From positions 1,116,001 through 1,180,000 of the forward strand of contig CM030332.1 in NCBI GenBank assembly GCA_017654855.1: a stretch of 64,000 bases of DNA, written 5' to 3'. The stretch's first letter is position 1. Each line of letters starts with the position of its first letter. The notes under the pieces were generated by a model. The model did no database searches. It was not told the origin of the DNA and was given only the letters and a program-made list of their open reading frames with translations. The position numbers were made by a program, and so were the translations under genes. Of this stretch, positions 38,687 to 50,309 are shown piece by piece. The DNA is from Podospora anserina. Taxonomy: Eukaryota.

Positions 38687-39372
38687 AAAACTAGACATCT
38701 GTAGGATAAAATGATGATGATTATAATGTTAATTGAAGTATATATATATATTTATTTGTGACAATGCTGGGGCGCTCCTGTTTAAATAGTAGGCTAAATG
38801 GCATCGGACGAGTGATATAAGATCATTAAGTTGCGATGGTAATTATGGGAGAAATTATGCGGAATGAGTATGAGAAATATAATATAAGTAAACTCAAAGA
38901 AAGGCGAAGCATTGTAAAGAAGTGAAACTAAGTCAGGCATGAAATGATCCGGAAATCAACACCCTGCATAGAAGCACAAGATGAGCAACAAGTGCGAATC
39001 AACAATGCAACAGGCAGACAACACATGAGGTGGGTAGTATCAAGTGGATACACAGTAATATAAATCAGAATAATATGATTGAGCACATATACAGACAGTA
39101 AAGCGAGTAAACAAAAGACTCGCAATGACCGTAGAAAACAGACCATCAAAATTACCCAAAACATGCTCACGGGAAATAGCCAGACCTCTACCTCTATCTA
39201 TGCCCCTTGGGCTTCTGAATATCAAACCCCTCGACAAAATGAAACTATCCGGCTTCAGCAAAACAATAGCCGGCAGATTGTACGAGATGTTCACTTTCCG
39301 GCAAATTCCCAACATTATTATCCCTTGCTCTCAGTCACCAGAACCGATAGTGAGTGACCACATCACATCACA

Positions 39373-41262
39373 TCACTTACACCTCTTCAACAACTCCGCC
39401 AAACCCTCCCTATCAACCTCCTTCACCCCAACCTCCCTCTCATACTCCTCCAACCTCTGCACAACCTCCCTCAACCTCAGCCTCCCATACCAGTTCCCCT
39501 TCCACTCCCCCCTCCCCTTCAACTCCTCCCGCATGGTCAAAAACCTTTCCGCCACCTCCACTTCCACCCTCCACCAATCCCTCGCCGCATCAAGCACCTC
39601 GAGCGGTGTGCAATTCACATCCACCAGACCATCCTTCCGACGAAGCACCATCTTGCTTCCCACCCGAGTGACAAGCTTCGACAAAGTCTCCCTCCTGCCC
39701 TTGGTGCACCCATCAATGAGATCCCTAATCGGAAGGGGAGTGTGCCGATACTCAGGAAACTCATAGTCAGGCTCCCGCTTGTAAGACTGCCAAACAGCAG
39801 CGTGCTGCGGTGCACACTGCCCCTCAAAAATACACCACAAGACCCGCCCGAGCATGTACACCTCAGCCGCCTCCTGTTCCGCCTCATCAAGCGCCAGCCA
39901 GGGGATATTATAGCTCTTATACCCATGGGGAAGCGGTGTGTACATTTCATCCTGCTCCAAAACCTGCCAGCCGGGGAGGATCCGGCTGAGAAACTCGGCC
40001 CACCGGTTGGGCCTCTCCTCACCAGGAATAAACTGGTTGTGCAGAAGTCTGCTGTCGTCCCCATGATCTTGCTCTAACCCTTCCTCCTCCGCTCCCTCGT
40101 CCACAGCCAACGTATGCACATAAGCAATCGCGTTCACCTCAGGCGCAGCAAACTCGCACCACACACCCCGCTGCTCAAAGTCCACCATGACCAAGTCCCC
40201 CCCGGCCGTGAGAACAACATTATCAAGCCGGAGGTCGGGATAGTAAATCCCGCCACGTTCGCGGACGTGCAAGACGGCAGAGGCAAGCTGCCTGGCCCAC
40301 ATTATTTGCATCTCCGGCTTGAGAAGCCCATGGATGTGAAGCAGAGGAATCGTGTCCCGGAGGCTGCCGGCCGCGTAAAACGGAATGATGAAACCCACCA
40401 CGGCCGTCTTTCCCCCAAAGCGGCAGTACTTGGTGACTAGGTACTTTGGCTTCGAAACAACATGCGGATGAGGCTCCATGAGCAAAAGGTTGCGCAGCTC
40501 GCAAACCAGATACTTGGTGTTGCTGGTGAGGGCCTTGAAGATCCACAGCTTCTGGCCATCTTCTGGTTCATCATGATGACGAATGCGCACCAGGCAGACA
40601 CTGTCGTGCAGCTGCTGGACAATGCTCAGGTTCGAAATGTCGATGGTTCCCGGAATGACCTCCTTGGGCAGTCCCAAGGTCTCAACCAGCGCCTTTGGCC
40701 TAATGAGCTGCTTCTCCACGTGCCAGGTTGTGGCGACGGTGATCTTGACGCTCTCAAGACTGAAGCCAAGTTCGAGAATGATGCGTGTACCAAAAGGCTG
40801 GTCCTTGTACAAGGCAGCAATGTGTTCTGCCGTCCCTTCACCCTCCAATGACCACTTCTGCAAAGCTCTGAGAATGTGCCTGGTGACCCCGAGACGGTTC
40901 AGTCTCGTCGAGTCTTTTGTGTGGAACGCGGCATCCAGGTCTAGGACGTCCCGAAGGACAGGGTCCCGTGTGGTTTCCATGGGGAGGAACACATCGAGGC
41001 GCATGGGTGGGACCTCGCCCACGTGCAAGGGTAGGGCATAATACTGCGTGCCTATGGCGGTACAGCCGTCGATCCTCCAGAGTGGGTTGGGAAGGGGGTC
41101 AAGGCTGTCAACCCGGTTCTTGGGGTTCAGCTGGGATTCGAGCCAAGAGGCTTGTCCAGTGTCATTGCCGGTGGGCGAAGCAAGCTCGAGCGCTGACCGG
41201 TTCTGGGCAAAGGCGGCGGTCGGGTGGATGGCATCGTGGATTGTGGTGGAGTTGAGCTCCAT
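39373..41262 (-). CDS. Atypical protein-kinase-like domain protein
   Basis: Long intronless ORF; likely start MELNSTT at 41262. Kinase-fold motifs IFKAL, YYPDLRLDNVV, VDFE, APE and EVYMLGRVLW. Confidence 0.75.
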   Translation of the reverse strand: MELNSTTIHDAIHPTAAFAQNRSALELASPTGNDTGQASWLESQLNPKNRVDSLDPLPNPLWRIDGCTAIGTQYYALPLHVGEVPPMRLDVFLPMETTRDPVLRDVLDLDAAFHTKDSTRLNRLGVTRHILRALQKWSLEGEGTAEHIAALYKDQPFGTRIILELGFSLESVKITVATTWHVEKQLIRPKALVETLGLPKEVIPGTIDISNLSIVQQLHDSVCLVRIRHHDEPEDGQKLWIFKALTSNTKYLVCELRNLLLMEPHPHVVSKPKYLVTKYCRFGGKTAVVGFIIPFYAAGSLRDTIPLLHIHGLLKPEMQIMWARQLASAVLHVRERGGIYYPDLRLDNVVLTAGGDLVMVDFEQRGVWCEFAAPEVNAIAYVHTLAVDEGAEEEGLEQDHGDDSRLLHNQFIPGEERPNRWAEFLSRILPGWQVLEQDEMYTPLPHGYKSYNIPWLALDEAEQEAAEVYMLGRVLWCIFEGQCAPQHAAVWQSYKREPDYEFPEYRHTPLPIRDLIDGCTKGRRETLSKLVTRVGSKMVLRRKDGLVDVNCTPLEVLDAARDWWRVEVEVAERFLTMREELKGRGEWKGNWYGRLRLREVVQRLEEYEREVGVKEVDREGLAELLKRCK

Positions 41263-44200
41263 GGCGGGCCAAAGGTGGTCTTCACACGACGCAGAGAAGG
41301 ATGGCCTGATGCAAAAGCTTACAGAGAGAACCACAGAATGAAACGAATGGAACCGGGGAGGAATATGTTCCAGGTCGGACATCGAGCCTGGCTGCTCTGG
41401 ATCGTGTATAACTTGGACACCATCCCGGTGCTACTTACCAACCACCCTACATCAATGCAGCTTCCCTCGGCCTCTGCTGGCCTGATCATCCACAACGCAG
41501 GAGAACAGACTAAAGAAGCGACCGCTGTGAAAGCATAGGTAAGTATGCAGTTGTTCCTGGCTCGAGAGCAAACTCTGAATCCGACCCACTCACGGCTCGA
41601 TATCGTTCTAGTCTGCAAGCAGGAAGCCGTACAGGGAGTGCCACTTGCCAATGTCTTTTGACCCGACGACTGAGCTGTGCCGCTGCAAGACAAGATGCTT
41701 GGTGAACGAATTGGGGGTGGACAAGAGGTCAAGAAGTATCCGCGAAGAAGCTGCATGCTGTGGTGGTAGTCGTTGATGCTGGTCACTCAAAAATGATTGG
41801 CCAATCTCTCCTGCTTAGCTGGAGCGGAGCAGCCGGCCCGTCCCTACTGTCAACCAGCGAAGTCGCTCAGGTAAATCGTGGTTGTTAGGTATACTGTACT
41901 GCTTTTGTCTCGTACCCCTGGAAGCCCTATCCATAAACATGATAGGAACTTCTGAGCCGCGTTAGGCTATCTGCAAGAGGACCGATTAAGGGGAGATGTG
42001 ACTTTGGCTGCGACGCGTCTCCACTCATGTCCTGTCATCACACACTTGGTAAGAGATGGCTAATCAAGGGGGGCAGTGGATGCCAAAATCCCCCCTCTAG
42101 CTGCTCTATAAGAAGACATAGTCGACCAAGAGCCAACCGGAATGGGGCCAAGAATAGGGCGAGCTTAAAACTTGAAGCTGGGAGTGGAGGTGTCGGTCGG
42201 GACAGTTCCGGCGAGAGAGTGCAGATGCGAAGGGTGTTGTCGTGCACAGTGCCGCAGAATGTCGGCATTATCTACTCCCTTCGTGAGAGAATCTTGGCTG
42301 ATATCCGGAAGCATTGGCGCTTAGCACGGCCGATGAACCTTTTTTGATGCGGAGGAGAAGGTAGATGAAAGCCCTTCGGCGGGGATCTATGAAGTCACTG
42401 AAACATCTCTTGATATGTCAGCGGCATTGTGGCTCGGGTCTGGACCGCGACTTCGTGCCCAATATTACCTCACCCTATCACTCCACGGCTTCAATCGTGG
42501 GACAAGCCTAGGCCGAAAGCCTGGGCGTGGGATGAGGGCCGAAGGACCCCCTCGGCCACACGATCTTGCTTTGGGCCGCGAGAGCCCATCTCGGTCGAGT
42601 ATTTGATTCAACGCCAATGAATGGGTTCGGTAGATCGATGGCTAACTAACAGCTCGGGGTGTTGGTTGTAGCGGACACACCGAGATGGGAAGTCATCGCA
42701 GCCTGCTGAAGCCAAAAATGCATCACGCTCGAAGAGGAACTGGTCGAATTGGGGGACCCATCATTCCGCCCAGCCGCTGCAAGTATGCCTGATGGCTGTG
42801 GTTGTGTCATTGAATCGTCGGCGTTTTGTGGGGTTTGATGGGGAGTTCTGCATGCTGTGGCTTGATTCATATCGACGGGCACCATCCACATCGCGCGTTT
42901 CCACCTTCCAGATCAACTCGAGGCACAGGCTGATATCGATTGCATTGGTCAGCTCGTGTCTGGATGATGGATCGAAGGGTGTATGCCAGTAAGGGTGTAG
43001 CTAGTCGACCAACTTTTGCTGAAATCATAGTTCCTTCGACCGGCCGCGGGCGCGAACGCAAGTAGGATTGGTTTTGAAAAGCTTCGAGACGAGAGGTGAA
43101 AGTTGAGTTAGGGTATAGATGGTTGTTGAATGTGAGTCTGCGTTCGCTCCAACAGTGGTTAAGCATTGCAAGAACCTTGTAAACGCACCATGAGGTTGTT
43201 GTCAGGAGCTTCGGGCACAGGGTAGTGGACAAGCGCACGACGGAGTTTGGGTGGACCATCCAGGGGCAACCCATGCCATTCCGAAAGAGAGGGGGTTGCT
43301 CAAGAAGCCATGGTACAGCAAACCCGAACCAGCGGGGTAGCACGCGTTTCCCACCTAACCACCGAGAGATGTGAACTCAAAGCTCTTTTATGTTCTTGAG
43401 CTAGTCGAAAGCATCTCGAAGAGAAAAGTCATCCTTTCGCTTACCATCTTCAAGATGGGTCCGGCTCCATTCTGGAGCTGGTTAGGTGGGCCATCGAGTT
43501 TGCGACCCTCAGCCTCTCCGGGCAATCCGCTCTGTGTCGTTGATTGAGCACCATCATGGTCTGCCTGACGTCCATGAAGTTGAGATCTTGAAATCGAATC
43601 TTGCCTGGTTGTTTGCGCTGCTAAGGAGGCGTGTGCGCGCTAGGTAATCACAGTATGGGACTGTGTATGAGGGTGAAAAGATCACCCAGTAGATTTCTCC
43701 CCCTAGGGGTTGATAGGCGGGCTGAAACGTCCCGAGAGGACGGTACAAACGCTCTGCCCAGAGCGATGAACAGCATCCCTTCACAGTGGCAAAGCCAAAA
43801 GAACCCTACTGCTTCGTAGTTGTAGCTTGCCCTGCCCCGAGGAGAAGCCCACGGGTAATGTGCCTGTGATCTCTGCTGAGCTAGAGAGACCCATCAAGGC
43901 TTCCATTTCATAGTCTCGGTAGTAGGCAGTAACTGGTCTCTAGGTCGCACAACTGCATACGACATTCGCGAACCCCGTCATGTAGTGCAGTAGTCTCTCG
44001 ATGTTGAAATAAAGATCCATGGTTGTAGGTGGCTGCCGAGTTGAAACCCAGAATATTCCCTCCGGAACCCTGAAGTTCGGAAAGTTCTCAAGGGCACCGG
44101 GACAGGTACCTAGATGCATCCGATACATTGATTACTGGCGCCATGATGTCTCGCAAGATGCCACGGCGGGGAGACCTAGGAGTGTTGTACTCGGTCTCAA

Positions 44201-47200
44201 TGTTGTGAAACCAAGCATTGTAGCTGGATCAGAGGAAGCTAGTTCCTGTGTTTTTTGACCAGGCCCCATTTCCAGTGCTTGATGCTCATCAGGGCCGTGA
44301 TAAAGATTGCTAAAATCCGACACGCCTCGGGCTGTGTTCAGTTCGTCCTATAACGAAGGCCTGTAAATGTCAGTTGGGGAAACTAAAATTGGCTCGGATT
44401 TCAACGGCCATTTAGCAATATGAGATTGGTCGCTGGGTGGTGTAATGTGTGGTGTCGAACTTGCGTTTACTTATCCTCTGCGTCAAGGAAATGTGTAGTT
44501 TGTCAAACGCACTACTATCTGGGCTGGATGGCTGGAGCCAAGACCTGGTGGATCCCGGGTCGAGCCCCGGATATTTATGTGGAGCTTTGCGAGGGCAAGG
44601 GTTCTCCAGGTTGTGGGGTTTGGGCGGACACCTCGCACCAGAAAAATTGCGGGAAAGTTGACGACGGACGACCCACGACCAAGTACCTACATATCGAATG
44701 AATCAAAGTACTGTAGGATCATACTGTAGTCAAAAGTGAAGCTTAGACACAATGCATTGCAGGTATCTCTGCAAGCCACAAACTGCCTAAGGGTGTTTGT
44801 CAGACCGTGCTCCTTCTCGATTCGCTTCTGTGCATAGAAAGATCGGGTATGACTACCCCGCGGTTTTGTGTTCACCATCATGTCTTAATTCTCCCGTGAC
44901 ACCCTCCATTTGCGTGGCCCAGTCTGACTGGCAGCGGCTTGCGTAGATCTGCTGTACCCTTCTGACGTCTCCCTGATTTGACGATGGCTATGATTGAGGG
45001 TGGCAGTCGGTCCTACCTGATCTCAATGAGTGGGTTTGCCGTTTGGGAATCTTATAGCAATTTCTTTTGACATCAGACATACCCACTATGAGGTTTGACG
45101 TGGACGCTTGAGGCTCTGACATTCCTTTGCCAAGTTCCCGAGTCAAGGAAGAGCCCCCGGATGCCCTATGGGTGGGTCAAACGGTGTTCCTTTCAAGGTG
45201 TGGGGTTGTGGGAGCGTGGCGGGTCGAAAGCAGGAACCAAAATTGGCGTCAATCAACGTTTCATGCTGCAATGGATGGGCAGCACTTTTACACTATAGGG
45301 GATCCATTACGACGTGCCTGAAGGCCTTTCAATCCCACCTACTCTCACATGCGACAGTCGTTCTTGTAAGTTGAAGCCGACTGTCAGTTGAATTGTTGGC
45401 ATACTGACCGATTGGAATTGCATCGCGGCAGCCACGTGAAGGGCACCAAGCAGTAGAATCCAGTTCACTTTGATTCGTCCAACATTCAGGCCCTGGTCCA
45501 TGCCACTGACATTGTCAAAATGTAACCGAGCTGGACAATGCATTTGTCATGTCGAGTCAAAGCCAATGAACTCGAAGAGGTCACAGTCCGGAACCGTGGT
45601 TCTGTTACCAAACGGAAAGGGCGGGGTCAGAGCTCAACCAACATAACCACCGGCACCGCGTTTTTCTTCTAGCATACCCCATGATCCCCAACTCCCGCAC
45701 TTATCATATCAAGTCAGGGCCTCATCTTCAGGTCATCAAAGACTGCGTGGAGCATGGAAGTCTGCTAAACTAGTGTACATCGATCGGATTGGTAGAGCTG
45801 ATTGGTCAAGATTAGTTTCCGCCATTTTGAAAAGGTTTCCGTATCAGATCCGTTTCTGTGAATGGCACCCCATTCACGACACCATCAGAAATAGGATGGG
45901 CAATTTACAAGCCGAAGCATGTCGAGCGGGTATTAATCTGGATGGGAGCGGGCGGCCAGCAACGAGACCGGTGAGGTATGCACCTCGACGACTGGACGTA
46001 CAACCAACAACCGGGCAGTCAGTTGTCTGTCAGTTATCACATCGAGCTTATCCCCTGTCCTCCCGTCGCATCCAATGCCGCTCTTTTTCCCACCCTCGAT
46101 GGCCTGACCAGATGACCGCTTTTGCACCGCGCATTGAGGTTCCATCGACATCCATGCACGCACTTTGCAACTTGCGTTATCTCGAGACTCACGGACCCGG
46201 CTTTGCTGCCCCATGTCCGCCCAATTTTTGGGTGGTGCTCATTAGCCAAGCACTGGTCAGCTTGCGCCTTCCCGGCGACCGGTGAATCACTTTTCTTCGC
46301 CCATCTCCTCCAAAGCTCACACCGATTCCCTTCCTTTGCAAGTAAACGAGACAATCGCATTCAACCCCCGACAATTCCAGTCCCCACCGCGCAACAAGGA
46401 ACCTTCAACCCCGTCCGGCCCGTAAGACAACACGCGTGTATTACCGCGAACCATTGGGTGGCACAGGACAACTCCCGCCGCTGAGCCTTGACCGGTGCCC
46501 TCACCGACTTGCCCATCAGCATCACGCCCCTCACGCCCAACCTCGACTCCACTCCCGTCCAGGAGCCTCTGACCTGCCCCGTCAACAGGGCCCATATCGC
46601 CCGCGCTGCTGGCGCAATTGCGTGCCGTCACCAGATTTGTGGACCTGAGAGGAGCCGTACCATAGTCTCGGCTACCACACCCTGGCCAGCTCCTCTCTCT
46701 ACGACATCCTTTCTCTGACAGCACGGCGCCGTCTGAAAGCAACGACGACGGCCAAAAGACGGCACTAGCGGGCGAGGGAACACACGCAAGATTTCCCCTC
46801 CAAGGCTGTTTTTGCGCAGATCTGGGGATGGTGGTAACCGAGCAGTAGATTGTGTTCCCCCTTTCTGCTTGCTTGCCTGCCGACCGAGGATCTTGGCTTG
46901 GATTCATGCCCCTCTCCTCCTCGCGAGCCCCCTTGTCACCCCTCCTCGCCTCGTGTCGTTCCGACTCTTCCTGACCTAGTTCCGTCCGCAGCCGGCTGCA
47001 CCGACTGCTGCTCAGTTGTGTCTTGCTGCAGCTCCCCATCGGTCGTACGGGGCTGTCGTCCCCGTGGCGATGGCGCTTTTGTGAGACGCCTACGTTTCTG
47101 CGTCTTGCAACCCCTCTCACCACCAGTTCGAGGGCCACCTGCCTGACCTTGGGGCCGGAGCAGGTTCCCCCTTGGTTGCCTTTGTGCGCCGCCGGGTGCT

Positions 47201-47342
47201 GCTGCTTGCTCACATTCCCAGAGTTTGTGCTTCCCTGCTTGCCAGGGTCGTATCCACACCGGTGTACATACCGACCAAGTACACCCTAGGTCTCTATTGA
47301 CCTCGGATTGCCCAGTGGAATACCTCTTGATTGTCCTTCACC

Positions 47343-50309
47343 ATGGTAAGAAGACTGTCTCTCGTTGTTGAGCTCGCTGCCGGCAGGCTGCATGGTGGCA
47401 GTCACCGACTTCTGCCTCTGAACTTGGTCTTCCCTGCACATGTCCCCGAGCCATGTCGCCGCCTGCTTTCACCTTGACCTCACATTGGTACTCTACACGC
47501 CAAACACATCTCCACATATACGCTCCCCTTTCACTCGAACCAACTCACCTTGATCCCCTACACCCCTCCCTCACGTCACTCACATATTTCCTCCCCCTCA
47601 GCCCCCTCCGAATTCCTACTATGACCGGGGCTTGCTCACCGGCCCTTACCTTGTGAACCACCACCTCATTGTGCTGCCCCCCTTTTTGCTTTCGTTGTAC
47701 AGCCAGTTGATTATTTTTTTTTGTCTAGAACAACGCCGTCAGAAAACGGAGGGCTCATCCCTTCGAGGATCCCCCTTCAGAGCCAGTGCTCCAGGATTGG
47801 ACTTATTCCTCAGCGGAGCCACCTGCTCTATTCCACCTCAACACCAAGCTTGATCAGTACACGCCGCAAGACTTCTCCAACATATACGTTGAGCTTCCGC
47901 TGGAGGACGTGTGGTGTCATCCTCCGCTACGCGAGAGCGCCGCTTCCTATCTCAATGTGTCTGTGAACCAGGTCGAGAACTGGTTCGACTCGAGCAACTG
48001 GCACAACCCGCACAAGAGACAGCGTCTCAGCACCCCAAATCTCCTCATGGCGCCCAATTCTGGAGATCTTATCGGCCAGGGTGACCACGAGAAGTCACCT
48101 CTCTCGGGCGACGGCTGGCCTGGATGGACCAGCCAGAGGCTGGCGCAATGTTTTTCGAGCCTTTGCTCCCCATGTGACCCCGCACCAAGTAAGTTTTCAC
48201 ACAATCACGCCTGGCCCTCCGTCTCCTTGGTGTGGTGCTGATGCTGCCTCCAGGCTATCGGCCGCTTCCTCAGACACCAGTCTATGAATATGGCCCAGCC
48301 ATGGCGCCCGTCCCTGGGCCCAGTATGGCTCCCATTTCACCGCAGGAGCGCACCCTGACGATTTCGCCCTCAAATCAAGCAAGTGTTCTCGCTCGTGATG
48401 ATCCGGCAGCCATGGCTCGATATTACCCGCCTCTGCGGCCGACACACGTAGTAGGCATGCCGCCATCCACAACAAGGGAGGAGATGGTCTATCCGGTTGC
48501 GCCGCCGGGGCTTGGAGATGGTCTTCATCACGGACCTAATTACACAGCTCCAGGATCGCACTGCCTTATGGGCTCCACCATCAAGTCCGAAGCTCTTTCT
48601 GTCATGTACGGTGGGGGGGTTGTCACCACACAATATGGCGCTTCAATTGGAGAACTGGCTGGTCTTCAGGACCTCTACGGCCTGGGTCTCAAGGACGACA
48701 CTGATAGGCCAGATGGCCCAAACTTTGACACGTATCCTGCGCATAGAAACGTCCCGGCAAGACGAGGTGCATTCAAGGATCAAGAGCTGAGAGCCAAGAC
48801 CGCGCAGACCAGGAAGATGGGCAGCTGTATTCGATGCAAGATGCAGCGCATCCGTGTGAGTCTTTTCCCTTGATCTACAGATCAGTTCAGTGTAAAACAC
48901 GTGCTAATCCTCACCAGTGCAATCTGGACCCTGAAAACGAGAATGGTCCGTGCATCGCCTGCAGAAAGGTCAACGTCAGCACCAGAATTTACCGGCTCAA
49001 CTGCTTGCGGTTGAAGATTGTCGACTGCAAACTCTACAAGCCGGGCCAGGTTCCTGGTCATGAGTGGACCAGCCGCTGGAAGGACAGCGTGCTCGATGAT
49101 ATCGAGGTCTGGGCTCCTGGAGAGCAGAGGACGATTCGTGTGACGGAAGGATACACAAATATGTTTGTGGAGCTGCGCGTCAGGGAGTTTGTCCCTCAGC
49201 CAGGAGACAAGTTGGAGAGAACCTGGGTGGACAAGAACGGCGTGAAGCAGAGGCGAAAAATCCCGCCGTTCGCCATTGTCGATCTCGAGGATGCGAAAAA
49301 CTCTTACAGCCGCTACATCAAGCGCGGTCTGGAAAACTGCTGCATGCGCCTGCTGGGTGCTCGGGACAAACTGCTTCACAGAACATACTTTTTCGCCATC
49401 AGCAGAGCCAGAGATGACCGAGACCATTCCTTGACGGAATCAGAACGGGGTCTCTTGGGACTCACTCTTGACCTTTGGATGACGGCACGGCTCACCACGA
49501 AGACGCTCGAGATTATCGGGAACGAGAGGCTTGGCATGCCCCTGGACTTGATCAACGACCCGACCAATGACATGCACCGGAAGACGCCTGTCCCACCTGT
49601 GCTCGGGGCCCAGATCGATTCGTTCTTGATACACCAAATTCTGTCACACCTCCGCCGAAAGACGCTTGAAGAACTTCAAAAGATGACACAGGAGAAGAAG
49701 CAAAAGACATGGCTGACTACCTACCTTGTGACTTTTATTTTACTGCACAACATCGGTCTTGTTACGAAGCATGATGCAAATTATGCCAGGAAGCACGGGA
49801 TGAAGGTTGGTGACCCCGCTATCTGCAAGTCATGGGTTCCTGGAACTGACAAGATGTGATCACAGAGACATTGGGCGAGAGAAGACAGCGTCAAGGAGTA
49901 TGAAATGGGTTAGTCCATGCTCATGACCAGTTGTGATGGGTAACACTGACGGCGCGTTAGGAGCCAACACCCTGCTTGCCTACTTCCACTACTGCAATAA
50001 GGGCATCTACCCTTTCTCTGCCGAGTGCAGGGATGCCGACCTTCGAAGTCTGGCAGAACTTGATGACGATGCCATTGAGCTCGTTCGCTACACCAGAAAG
50101 TACGTCGCGGAGCATAGTAAGTACTTCCACAGACTTCCATCTGTCTCGTGGAACCAGCAGCTGACCCCCGGTGTGTAGAAGCGCAATGGGAAAGCATGTG
50201 GAAGAACGAAGGCGATTGGAAGGATCAGGGCCTCAAGAAGTACGAGCATGAGTACTATTATGTGAGCCAATTGTTCGAACCGAACTGGCAGCCACGCAAC
50301 ATGCCCTAA
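47343..50309 (+). CDS. Zn(II)2Cys6-like transcription factor with an N-terminal homeodomain-like segment; exons 47343-47345, 47729-48188, 48254-48855, 48918-49805, 49866-49908, 49961-50116, 50179-50309
   Basis: All introns are GT-AG and frame-consistent. Spliced cluster CIRCKMQRIR|CNLDPENENGPCIAC..C. The first two exons are less certain than the rest. Confidence 0.8.

Noticed and set aside
43940-44323. Two adjacent in-frame minus-strand ORFs separated by a single TAA (pseudogene or edited gene?)
   Set aside because: No recognisable protein motifs, the first ORF has no true ATG, and TAA would need double editing. Likely chance.
46317-47213. 298-aa minus-strand ORF upstream of the transcription factor
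   Set aside because: No ATG start or domain, and the GC-rich region has open frames on both strands. More likely leader or promoter sequence.
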